Shown here: positions 1 through 11,130 of the stretch, piece by piece
How the letters are laid out: every line of letters begins with the position of its first letter
How positions within the stretch are numbered: position 1 is the first letter of the stretch
DNA from: Octopus vulgaris
Lineage: Eukaryota
Direction of reading: 5' to 3'
Assembly (NCBI GenBank): GCA_951406725.2
Contig: OX597835.1
Span: forward strand, 24,118,001-24,182,000
DNA length: 64,000 nucleotides
Notes under the pieces: generated by a model
Told to the model about the DNA's origin: nothing
What the model saw: only the letters and a program-made list of their open reading frames with translations
Database searches by the model: none
Made by a program: the position numbers and the translations under genes

Positions 1-429
1 TTGAGGTGTACGTATGTGTGATATAATTTATGAAACGTGTCCTGTCGTTAAAAGAACACGGTAGGCTCCCGACTTGATCAAGCGGGTAGATGTCCCCTCG
101 TTTTACCTTTGTATACGTGTGTATGTCTCTCTGATCTACCTTTTTCATATCTTCTCCGCCTGCTACTCAAAAATGCATAGCCTCCTCCTCCACTTACCCC
201 AATTCCCTATATATATATGTATGTATATGGGTGTGTGTTTCTCTGTGTTTGTGTATGTATAGGCACATACACACATACTATCTGATTCTCAAACACTTTC
301 CCTCCCTCTCTCTCTCACTCATTCACTCACTTTGTGAATTTAGATGTTTAACTCCTCCCTCTCTTTTCTCACCCAACTTCACTCGCTCTCCTCTTCCTAT
401 TTCCCCCAAACATGCCTCCCCTTGCCTTT

Positions 430-741
430 CTATGTGTGTGCGCGTGTGCGCGATAACACAGCCCTAATGCATAATACATACGTGATAAATATGCAGGCTG
501 TATATAAAGTGTGTCAAACAGAGTAGCTGTATATATGTACACACATATATTTATATGTGTGTGTGTATGAAGAGAGGAGACAGTGAATACTAAACGTGCA
601 GAAAGTTTTGAGACTAGCAGAGACGTGTAAGAGACAAGCAATCTATACACTCACACCCACACTCGTACACATAACTAAATAACAACGGCAACTCAAACCG
701 GAATTTCAGAGTTTGGTCAGGAAGTTTCTCTTGTGGCAACG
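430..741 (+). promoter_or_regulatory. Putative promoter/5' UTR of stomatin gene
   Basis: Unique CpG-containing sequence directly upstream of the candidate ATG. TATATAAA at about 501-508. Positional inference only. Confidence 0.3.
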
Positions 742-784
742 ATGTCGAACGAAATGAAAATGGATTCAGTCATTGTGAGTGAAG
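742..784 (+). CDS. Probable first coding exon of stomatin/band-7 gene (MSNEMKMDSVIVSE + phase-1 G)
   Basis: ATG at 742 in non-repetitive, CpG-containing sequence. 43 nt ending GAAG|GTAAAA, phase 1, which joins the exon at 47156 in frame (G+AT=D). No homology support for this short peptide. Confidence 0.6.
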
Positions 785-1569
785 GTAAAAAAAAAAAAAA
801 AAAAAAAATTCCTACTTTATAACACACATGTACATATATGTTAGTATGTTTCCCTGTTTTTGTTGCTTTTTGGTCCTTGTTTGGAATAGATTTTGTCAGG
901 GACCCTGTTACGAAATCTATTCCATTCCTTTTTTTTCATTTTATTTTATTTTATTTTCTCCAAGACATTGTAATAAACCATAGACCGAGCCTATCTCTGT
1001 GTATATGTGTGTATATGTGTGTGTGTGTGTGCTATGTTTATATGTTGTTGTTTAGGCCTAGGACGGTCCTGATCCAGCGAACGTCTTTTACCAAAGACAA
1101 TCTAGCTAAGACCACCCTATACTATTTGCGCGAATACTGTGTTCCTGTGTGCATCAAGCATCGATAGCCGAAAATTTTTCAAATTAGAAAATAAGTTGTT
1201 CGAGTTCTTTGCGATTGCGCAAAAGTAAATAAGTTACGAGGAAACAAAGTCCCAGCGGAGGTGAGAGGGGAACATGGAACACGAAACAAATTACGCGACG
1301 TAATGTCTTAAGGTACGGTCGCAGTGGGCAATTTGTTAGGGAGTCTATAGCATGTCTAGCGGCCTCATTTCTGATCTATGTGTGTTTTGCTTGTTACTAT
1401 CATGAAATAACCATCATAGTGCCCAGGGCATTGATTTGTCAGAGGGGCCTATAATACTGCTAGGGCGGCCTTGATTGCGCCGAGAAGACGTGAGGGTTGC
1501 AGCTAGAACACAATTTAAAAAGAAGTTGGGTTGTGCAAAAACTACGTGTGTGTGTGTGTGTATGTATGT

Positions 1570-1875
1570 CTTTCTTTTACTTGTATCAGTCTGCGGCCAC
1601 GCTGGGGCACTGCCTAGAAGTAATTTTAGTCGATCGAATCGACTCCAATATATTTTTTTTAACTGTTAAGTTATAGGAACTCAAACGTAAACACACCCTC
1701 ACTGGTTGTCAAGCGGTGATGGAACACACATACATCACGGGCTTTCAATTTCCGTTTACCAAATCCACCCATAAGAATTTGGGTCAGCCCGAGGCTATAG
1801 TAGTAGAAGACACTTGTCGCACAGTGAGACTGAACGCAGAACCGTGTGGTTGGAAAGCAAGCTTCTTACCACACA
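1570..1875 (-). mobile_element. tRNA-derived SINE family A copy (internally deleted)
   Basis: Matches, in reverse, the other copies with head ggctgtgtggtaag...gttcagtccc and tail cagcatggccgcag...tgaaacaagtaaaaga. Confidence 0.75.
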
Positions 1876-2644
1876 CATCACATACATATTTGTCCGATTT
1901 TAAAACTTTCAATGTTATGTAATCATAGCTAAGCTCCTGTTTGAAACAAAATTTTTGAATATTATCAAATGTCATTACGTAATCCTCACTCAAAAACTAA
2001 CCACAAACTTTTTTCTTTCTAAATTTAAACTTTTTTTCTTTTTAAATCTGCAAAAGAATCAACTAGATTATTTTCCATTTCGAAAATTTAGCTTCCTTCT
2101 CTTAAACTTTAGGTTATACTAATGTCTTACATTTTATTATCATCATCTTTTTTTTTTTTTTTATGTAAGAGAGATTTGACAGCTATTTCTAGCGGCCGTG
2201 TAATTTTTGTTGAAGTGTGTGTATGCGTGTGTTTAAAAACTTAGGCAGTGTTTCGGTGGGGTTTGTATACATACATATTCTCCCAGAGAATAACCAACGG
2301 CACGGATAGGTAGCCAAGTAGGAGGGGTCCCGATAATATTTGAGTAACTTTAAAGGTAAATTTTTTACAAGTATCACAAAAACGTTCTGAAAGCGCAAAG
2401 CTATTTTCATTGACATGTTACGATACTTGTTAGACAAGTAAATCTGTTTCACGCACACACACACACACACACGAACACACTATCTACTTACAACTTAACA
2501 TTATCATTTGTTTTTCTATAATTATGTATATATCATTATTATTATTATTATTATTATGGTAACAGGACCCCTAGTAAACAATCACGGTCGGCAACCCTTT
2601 CTACACGATGCTTGAAAAACTACACGAACTCTAAATATATATAA

Positions 2645-2901
2645 TTGGGTTGTCAGATAATTTCGTTTTATTACTATATTTTTTTTTCTTCTCATAGCAC
2701 ACCTACGTCAAACGTTTGAAGAATTGAGTTAAATTGAAAAAATAAACACGGAGAAAAGTTGTATGGAAAGATTAGAACTGTAGCAAAAAAGACACACATA
2801 AAAACTTAGCTATGTTATTTGAATTAACATAAAAAATACTTTTAACGCGAAGGTTCTCAAGGGGGGTGAAAAAAAGCGAACAAATTTATCTCACAACCCG
2901 A
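2645..2901. mobile_element. Mariner-type MITE
   Basis: Imperfect TIRs ttgggttgtcagataa / ttatctcacaacccga, AT-rich interior, TA-rich flanks. Confidence 0.6.
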
Positions 2902-3299
2902 TATTTTCTCACTACCCCTTCTCTAGCACTCCCTCTCTCTCTCTCTCCTCTCCATATTTCTCCGCTCTGTTTCTCTCTCTCTCTTTGTAGGGGTAATACT
3001 AATAAAATTATAATTAGTTGTGCCATGCTTTTTCACCTTTCTGTAAATGTCTCATTTTCTTTGTTTATTGTTGACTGCGTTTGTTTTCTAAAGGAAAAAA
3101 AAGTGTTCTACTTAGGTATTGGCTGCATAGTTAAGAAGCTCGCTTGGCGGCCACGTAGTCTCTTGTTCAGTTCCACTTCACGGCACTTTGAGTGTCTTCT
3201 AACTATATAACCCTGGGTCGACCACTGCCTTGCGAGTGAAGTAAACGGAAACTGAATGCTCGTCGTGTGTGTGTATGTATGTATATATATATATATATA

Positions 3300-3858
3300 A
3301 GGGCCGAAATTTTTGGGGAGGGGGCAGTCAATTAGATCGACTCCAGTATGTAACTACTACTTAATTTATTGATCCCGAAAGGATGAACGGCAAAGTCGAC
3401 CTCGGCGGAATTTGAACTCAGAACGTAAAGACAGACGATATACCTATTTCTTTACCACCCACAAGGGGCTAAACACAGAGAGGACAAACAAGGACAGACA
3501 AACGGATTAAGTCGATTATATCGACCCCAGTGCGTAACTGGTACTTATTTAATCGACCCCGAAAGGATGAAAGGCGAAGTCGACCTCGGCGGAATTTGAA
3601 CTCAGAACGTAGCGGCAGACGAAATACCTATTTCTTTATTACCCACAAGGGGCTAAACACAGAGGGGACAAATAAGGACAGACATAGGTATTAAGTCGAT
3701 TATATCGACCCAGTGCGTAACTGGTACTTATTTAATCGACCCCGAAAGGATGAAAGGCAAAGTCGACCTCGGCGGAATTTGAACTCAGAACGTAATGGCA
3801 GACGAAATACCACTAAGCATTTCGCCCGGTGTGCTAACGTTTCTGCCAGATCGCCGCT
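3300..3858 (-). mobile_element. Tandem array (3 units) of SINE family B
   Basis: Three copies of cgaaaggatgaaaggcaaagtcgacctcggcggaatttgaactcagaacgt about 178 bp apart, with one head at the right end. Confidence 0.85.
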
Positions 3859-3865
3859 TATATGT

Positions 3866-4028
3866 ATATATATTAAAAGTAGGGAAGGCCGGTTCATGGG
3901 ATTACCTTTGGTTTCCCGTCCATAAAGGGTTTAGCTTTATGGCGTATCGTCAGATCCCAAAAACCTCTTAAAAGGACCAGAAACCTAAGTTAATCCCATA
4001 AACCGGCCTTACCCATTTTTAATATATA
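3866..4028. mobile_element. Small MITE / inverted repeat
   Basis: Arms tatattaaaagtagggaaggccggttcatgggatta / taatcccataaaccggccttacccatttttaatata. Confidence 0.7.
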
Positions 4029-4104
4029 CTGCTCTACATCTCAGAATGTGCTTCTTCTTTCGGATTTATGTTTTTTTTTTACAAACGACACACACACACA
4101 CACA

Positions 4105-4732
4105 CAGAGTGCTGAAAAGTTCCTAGCTTTAAGGGTGTCACGAAAGGCCTGACTGGAGGCTCAACCTTCCGAGTTCTTTTACAGGTCCTTTAGAAAAGCT
4201 AAAGGACCGTTGCAATAAGCGTTTGAATCTGAGAGGGGAATATGTTGGGTAAAATCATAACTGATACGCTTGTATTTTCTTTTACCGGATCTTTTCGGTT
4301 TGAACGGCAGTTTTTTCTAGCGGTGTCATATGAAATTGTCAGCCATAATTATGACCCTAGTATCGATCTATTGCATTTCAATCTGTTTTAGGGTTAGGGT
4401 GGGGGGAAGGGTATCTTTTTTTTCTTCACAAATGTAAATAAACCCAATCTGTTTCTTAAACGAGGGACATATTCATACGGCACAGAATGTTTATTACCTC
4501 AATAGACGTCATTGATTGGTTGAAATTGCAGAAATTGAAGAAAAAATCACAAATATTTTACAAACTATAGAACGTTCTCAATAACGCCAAGAGAAAAAGA
4601 TGTTTTATAAACACATTCTACCAGTATACAAAGTTTAAAAGTGTTTAGTTAGGTGGAAATTATTTTAAAAAACTGCCGTTCAACCGAAAAGATCCCTTTT
4701 ACCCAACGCCGGGAACTTTTCAGCACCCCTCG
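4105..4732. mobile_element. Mariner-type MITE interrupted by a nested MITE
   Basis: TIRs gtgctgaaaagttcc / ggaacttttcagcacccctcg|TA. An uninterrupted relative lies at 60190-60403. Confidence 0.8.
4287..4695. mobile_element. MITE with GG-termini and 8-bp TSD (Merlin-like)
   Basis: TIR ggatcttttcggtttgaacggcagttttt / aaaaactgccgttcaaccgaaaagatcc. TSD CTTTTACC at 4279-4286 and 4696-4703. Confidence 0.85.
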
Positions 4733-5460
4733 TATGTGATTGCGTTTATATTTGCTTGTCCTCACCGCTTGGCAACGGGTTCTGGTTTGTTTACGTCCAT
4801 GTAGGTTAGCCGTTCGGCAAAAGGAGAGACCGATTGAATAAGTGCCAGACTTCAAAAAAACTATGTATTATAGGTTAATTTTTTTTCGACGGAACCTCAC
4901 TTGGTGGTTCTTCAGCATGGTTGCAAACTAATGACTGAAACAAGTAAAAGATAAAAAAAAAAATTGTAAACTCTCTTTCCTGCTTTTCTGTTTTTTTCTT
5001 TCTGTCCATTTTTAATTTGTCTCCAACGCATTTTCCTTTTATCTCTATAAGATAAGATAAATTACACCGGGGAAACGTGGTTTGTGTTGCCTGGTGTTGG
5101 AGACATGTTGCCTAGTAATTTTGGGGTGCGGTGCTGATTTTGAAATTGAAATCCATTTTGCTCTCTATCACGTCAAGATATTTCACAAACTAAAATGTCC
5201 ATTTTTCAACATTTCTGGTATTGTCACCATTTCAAAGGATAGATTTGGCTTCATCAAATGCAGACCCATGTATTGAGTTTGGCATAACTTTGAAAACATA
5301 GTTTTTCAATATCATTTAAAGTAAATGCAACCACAAAAGTGAAAACAAAAAGTCATGATTTAAGTATCATCAGTAAATAAAAAGCATCAGGTTTGAACTA
5401 TATTCATTCTTCTCAACCTAACCAGTTTTAAATGTCATGGTGACGTCAGGAAATGTTTTT

Positions 5461-5800
5461 TTCAGTCCCACTGTGTGGCACCTTGGGCAAGTGTCTTCTA
5501 CTATAGCCTCGGGCCGACCAAAGCCTTGTGAGTGGATTTGGTAGACGGAAACTGAAAGAAGCCCATTGTATATTTGTGTGTGTTTGTGTGTCTGTCTTTG
5601 TCCCCCTAGTATTGCTTGACAACCGATGCTGGTGTGTTTATGCCCCCGTCATTTAGCGGTTCGGCAAAAGAGACCGATAGAATAAGTACTGGGCTTACAA
5701 AGAATAAGTCCCGGGGTCGATTTGCTCGACTAAAGGCGGTGCTCCAGCATGGCCGCAGTCAAATGACTGAAACAAGTAAAAGATAAAAGAGTAAAAGAGA
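5461..5800 (+). mobile_element. SINE family A (5'-truncated, young)
   Basis: B-box remnant ttcagtccc, central microsatellite, tail tgaaacaagtaaaagataaaagagtaaaaga. Confidence 0.85.
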
Positions 5801-5810
5801 AAAATTTGAC

Positions 5811-6062
5811 TTTTTTTTTGTAGTTTCAGCTCAGAGCTGTGGCCATGCTGATGCACCACCGTTTTGCTACACTGTTGTTACTGAGAGCCTCCTCCAATAT
5901 GTGGCACTTGGTGAAGAATGGAGTTTGATTTAGCTACCCTCATTTGCACCTCTTGCCGTGAGGTAGGTTCATCTGGGACTCTCGATAGGAAGAGGTCCAA
6001 CCTTGATTTAAAAATGCCTACATCTACTCTGTGCAGGTTCCTCAGGCTCTTTGGGAGAATAT
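5811..6062 (-). mobile_element. CR1-clade LINE 3' end
   Basis: Minus frame reads ILPKSLRNLHRVDVGIFKSRLDLFLSRVPDEP...AKSNSILHQ, typical of a CR1/Zenon ORF2 C-terminus. Followed by a short 3' UTR and A-tail. Confidence 0.7.
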
Positions 6063-7522
6063 TAAAAATAATGTTAATAAAAGAATTTTTAAAAAAAGCA
6101 TTTCTAGGTCCTTGGCATCATACACGTCTCATATTTGTGGATTTTGTCTGCCTATATGTCCATACTGTGTTTGATTTAGTGTGACTATCATTGCCAACCA
6201 GGTGAGACATGATTTGTCAAACCTTTGAATATTTCTTAGGAAAATTGGCATTTTAAATGTACCCATAATGTTTTAACTGTGAGGTCACTTTTTGTCAAGT
6301 ATGGTCCAAGAACTGTAGAAAGAATTTTACAGCATGTATTCTCTTTATGGAACTTTGCCATCACAAATCTGCATTTGCTTACTTTAGAACTTATAATTCT
6401 GGAAATGCTTTTCCCAGGTGACAACTGTCATGACTGTTTTGTACGTCAAGAAATATGCCCAGATATGAGAGGAGAAAATTTAAAAGTTGCTCCAATGTAT
6501 TTCGTTGACTATTTACCTAAGCAGCGAAACAAAATCACAGATTTTATGAAGAAAGTTTACCTTTCTTACTTTGGTATGAAACTGGGTGATCAAAACAAAC
6601 CTGAGCACCCCATTCAGTATGTAAAACTTGTTGAAATACTGAGACAGTGACTGTTTCAAACATTTAAACTTTGTGTTGTGAGAAACTTAAGGTTGTGTTT
6701 GACAAGCCACAAATTTGATGGTTCTTGCAGGATGAGTAGTTTTTGAAGTTCATGTGTGGCATTGAAAAGGAAGCAGGGAATGCTTTTGTTGCACTTGTGT
6801 CAGATTTCCTGGCAAGTAGGAAGTCATCAAATTGTGAAAGACTTGTACAGGCCCTGTTAACCAATTTTGAAGTGTAAAAGTGCATTTCCTGCCACAGTCT
6901 GTTGGACTACTTCTTGAAAATCATTATGCAATAAATGATGAGCAAGGAGAAAGATGACATTGAGATCATGGAAAATAGGCATCTAAGCAGATGGAATTCA
7001 AGCATGATGGCTGACTAGTGCTGGTCTCTGGAAAGAGACTGTTGTGACACTGGGTATTCACACAAAGCAGAGTTTATGTTCTCATTGAGTAACTGAAGCT
7101 TGACAGAAATACCTATCCTAAGATGTGTAATAGAACATCTTATATAATCCATTTAACAATGAAAAATAGTATTTGGTTTGTGGTGGTTTCCTATTTCAGT
7201 ATTGTATTGAATGACATAATTAAGATTTTTTTGGTAAAAACAAAGAAATTTTCTATCATATCAAGACTTTGTTAAACAGGAATTCATAGGGTATTTCTGA
7301 ACCCAGCACCATCAAATTAGGTTGCACTAATTGGAAAAAGCAAGATGACTAAAAAAATTTTTTAAATGTTCCTCAGTGTTATCAATAAAATAATAAAAGC
7401 AGCTGACCAGCTCTATTACTCAGTTGTGCTTATTCAGAGAGTAAGCTGTAGGAAAAAAATTTGACCTGTTAGAAGAAACCTGAGTGTAGTTTTGAAATTA
7501 GCATTCCAATTTTAGTCTAAAC

Positions 7523-7779
7523 CAGTGGTTCTCACCTATTTTTGCTTATGGACCTCTTTCGTTCCTATTTTACTCAGGGAAGGGTGGGGGGACCCTTATA
7601 GCCAGTCAATGTCTAAAATCTGTTAGACCTCTATCAATAAATATTATTAGGAATTGTTTAAAAAAAAAATTTTTATATTTTGTGTATTGTTGAAATATTA
7701 CCTTTTTATTACACGCAAATTTTAACAACAAAATTGTATATGGACCCCACGAGGGTCTAAGTCAAGTTGAGATCCACTG
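7523..7779. mobile_element. hAT (Charlie-like) MITE
   Basis: cagtggttctca... / ...ttgagatccactg, with flanks gtctaaac / gtctaagt. Confidence 0.7.
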
Positions 7780-7865
7780 GTCTAAGTCAAGTGAAAAAAA
7801 GCAAGCATAACAGAAATTATGTTCAAAATTGTACCCTTGTCTTATGTTGATGTGTCGTCCCTCAT

Positions 7866-8378
7866 CGAAGGCACATGGCTCTGCTGTTTGAGCGTTGGGC
7901 TCACACTCATGAGGTAGCGAGTTCAATTCCCGGACCGGGCTGTGTGTTGTGCTCTTGAGCAAGACACTTTATTTCTCATTTCACTCAGCTGCAGAAATGA
8001 GTTGTGACGTCACTAGTGCCACGCTATATCGACCTTCACATTTTGGCACAAGGCCAGCAACTGGTACTTATTTTATCGACCACGAAATGAAAGGTCAAGT
8101 CGACCTCGTTGGAATTTGATCTCAGAACGTAAAGACAGAGGAAATACTTATTTCTTTACTACCCACAAGGGGCTAAACAGAGAGGACAAACAAGGACAGA
8201 CAAACGGATTAAGTCGATTATATCGACCCCAGTGCGTAGCTGGTACTTATTTAATCGACCCCGAAAGGATGAAAGGCAAAGTCGACCTCGGCGGAATTTG
8301 AACTCAGAACGTAGCGGCAGACGAAATACCGCTAAGCATTTCGCCCGGCGTGTTAACGTTTCTGCCAGCTCGCCGCCT
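7866..8378. mobile_element. SINE cluster (family D head on +, family B dimer on -)
   Basis: tRNA-like head with gagttcaattccc B-box, followed by two family-B core units. Confidence 0.75.
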
Positions 8379-8655
8379 TAAATATTAATAAATAATGACT
8401 GATTGCTTTCATGTGCAGAAGAGTTTTGACCTTCGATCGACGGGCTGTTGTGGTAAGTTGCCATTTATATCTTGAGTATCCCGTAATCTAACGAGGGCAC
8501 TTATGTGGCAAGTTTGTTTACATTACAAATGCCTGGACAGGAAAAAGTACTGAATTTCCTGAGCTCCCCCTCTCCCTCAACTAATCGATTCTTGTTTGTG
8601 TATTAAAGCCTGCACAATGTTGGTGCTCCAGCGTGACCACAGACTCTGGTTGAAA

Positions 8656-8903
8656 CGGTATTACTTAAGAACAGTGGTTCCGGTGCGCGCACTCGCGCAT
8701 CCGCGCTAGCTAGTCGTGACTAGTCGATCCTACAACGACTAACTAGCAAAGTAAATAAAACACAAAATAAATAATTTTTTTTACACAAAGTAAATAATTT
8801 TTGTTAAACAAAGTAAATAAAACACAAAAACGCAAAGGATCGACTAGTCATGACTAGCTTGCGCGAGTGCGCGCACCGGGACCACTGTTCATAAGTAGTA
8901 CCG
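8656..8903. mobile_element. Fold-back MITE with about 75-bp GC-rich TIRs
   Basis: cggtattacttaagaacagtggttccggtgcgcgcactcgcgca...ctagtcgatcct and its reverse complement. Flanks ttgaaa / ctgaaa. Interior caaagtaaataa repeats. Confidence 0.85.
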
Positions 8904-9334
8904 CTGAAACTAATAAAGGTCGAAGTAAAGGAGGGGTGAATGGGAACGAAACAAGATAAATCTGTAACAATATTCTTTTCATCGTTCCGAGGTCAATAAG
9001 ATAAAAAAGATCACAGGTCAAGTGTCGGGTCAGAGTTTATGTTCTTATAATGTACTCGAAATGTGAAAGGAATTATGATAGATAAAGTCTATATATTTCT
9101 CAGTGAATGGTTACGCTAATTAAATAGTAAATAACTCGTGTTTTTCTTTAGAAAATTGTAGAAACATATCGGCATATACATGGTTCCTAACCAGTGTGTG
9201 GCGGTATGGTAAGATGCTTGCTTTCCAACCACATATTTCCGGGTTCAGTCCCACTGCGTTGCATCTTGGGCAAGCGTCTTCTACTATAGCCTTGGGCCGA
9301 CCAAACAGAAACTGAAAGAGGCCCGTCGTATATA

Positions 9335-10075
9335 CATGGGTTGGACAAAATAATGGAAACACCTAGCGTCATAGCATCATAATTTTGAAATATCTATAAC
9401 CGTCAAACGCTTGTTTGTCTTTTGATTTATTATTAGTGTTGCTTGATATTTTTTGCTGAAATTGCTGTTTCTTTTCAGATATCTTGAGAAAAAGGTAATT
9501 AAAATTCATTAAAATGACATCTATCGGACTTTCAAAGAGGTCAAATTGTTGGTGCTCGTATGGCAGGCGCTACCGTAACGAAAACAGCCGAAATGTTTGG
9601 TGTATCAAGAAGTACTGTCTCGAAAGTAATGACAGCCCTTGAGAAAGAGGGGGAAAACCTCCTCGTCGAAACAAAACTCCGGAAGAAAGCCCAAACTTTC
9701 AGATAGGGACTGTCGGATTCTTATGTAAATTGTTAGAAAGCTAAATGACCACCTCGAGAACCCAGTTTCCACAAAAACTATTCGCCGGGAGCTGCACAAA
9801 GCTGGATTTCATGAGAGGGCTGCAATCAGAAAACCACTACTTTCGAAAACGAACGTTGCAAAACGTTTAGAGTGGAGTAAAAAAAAAAACCTACAGAATT
9901 GGTCCCTAGAGGAGTGGAAGAATGTTATTTTCTTGGACGAGTCGTCCTTTACCTTATTTCCGACCACCGGCCGCGTATACTTGTGGAGGCAGCCAAAAGA
10001 GGCATTTGATCCAGACTGCCTTCTTCCAATTGTTAAACATGGAGGAGGATCTGTGATGATCTGGGGGGCTATTTT
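9335..10075 (+). mobile_element. Tc1-type transposon remnant (transposase pseudogene, 3'-truncated)
   Basis: TA|catgggttggacaaaataatggaaacac left end. HTH region LSDFQRGQIVGARMAGATVTKTAEMFGVSRSTVSKV and catalytic region WKNVIFLDESSF...VKHGGGSVMIWGAI, with a stop and frameshifts. Confidence 0.9.
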
Positions 10076-10124
10076 GTCCATTTTGGTCAAAATACTTAAC
10101 GGGTTTTCCTCTCGCTTCCTGTAC

Positions 10125-11130
10125 TAAATTCAAATTCTGCCGAGGTCGACTTCGCTTTTCATTCTTTCGGGGGTGATAAAATAAGTGACAGTTAAACACT
10201 GGGTGGGGGTGGGTGTCAGTCCTTGTGCATAAAGTAGAAAGGATTATGTACAGCACGATACTGCCAGCTCGCAATATCGTTTGCCCTTTGTACAAATCGC
10301 TCAGTGGCATCTCCTCCATCTTTACTTTGCCTTCAAATTCCACCAACGTCGGCTTTGCTTTTCATCCTTTCGGGGGTCGATAAATTAATTACCAGTTGCG
10401 TACTGGGGTCGATCTAATCGATTGGCCCCCTCCCCCAAATCTCGGGCCTTGTGCCTAGAGTAGAAAATATTATTTCGCGGGTGATGAAATAAGTACCAGT
10501 TGTAATCGTCTGTCCTCGACTTATTCAAATTGCTGGCCTGGTGCCAACAGTAGCAGAAATAGTTAGAACTGCTTGCTGCATGGTTGAATGCTTAGAGAGG
10601 TCACTTTGCAATCACGAAATCTCGAGTTCAATCCCACTGTGCAGCTTTTTGGGCAAATGTGTTTTCCCATAGCATCAAGTCAGTCCAAGCTTTGTGAATG
10701 AAACTGGGTCCATAGAAACTGTGTGGTCCCCCTCGCCGGATGGGCTCTGTTTGTAACTCTTTTTCTCTCTCTCTCACTCACACACACACACACGTCTTTT
10801 ATCTATTACTTGTTTCAGTGATTAAACCTGCGGCCATGCTGGGGCACCGCCTTGAAGAAATTTAGTCGAGCGAAAAAGCCTGGTACTTATTCTATCGGAG
10901 TCTTTCGCCGAACCGCTGCGTTACGAGGACGTAAACGCGCCAACACCGGTTACCAAGTGGTGGTGGTGGTGGGACAAATGCAGTCACACACATACACACA
11001 TGACAGGCTTCTTTCAGTTTCCATTTACCAGATCCATTCACAAGTTTTTGGTTGACCCGAGGCTATAGTAGAAGACACTCGAACCCAGAACCATGTGGTT
11101 TGGAAGCAAGCTTCTTACCACACCTCCACT
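10125..11130. mobile_element. Cluster of SINE family B (+) and family A (+/-) fragments
   Basis: Repeated core motifs tttcatcctttcggggtcgataaa and gaggctatagtagaagacac. Confidence 0.7.

Larger units (their letters stand above)
5065..7378 (+). mobile_element. Decayed Chapaev3-type (CMC) DNA transposon with transposase pseudogene
   Basis: Peptide remnants ITDFMKKVYLSYFGMKLGDQNK (about 6535-6600) and VHFL...NDEQGER...DIEIMENR...WNSSMMAD*CWSL (about 6880-7030). Termini CAC...GTG, with TTA on both sides. Confidence 0.75.
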
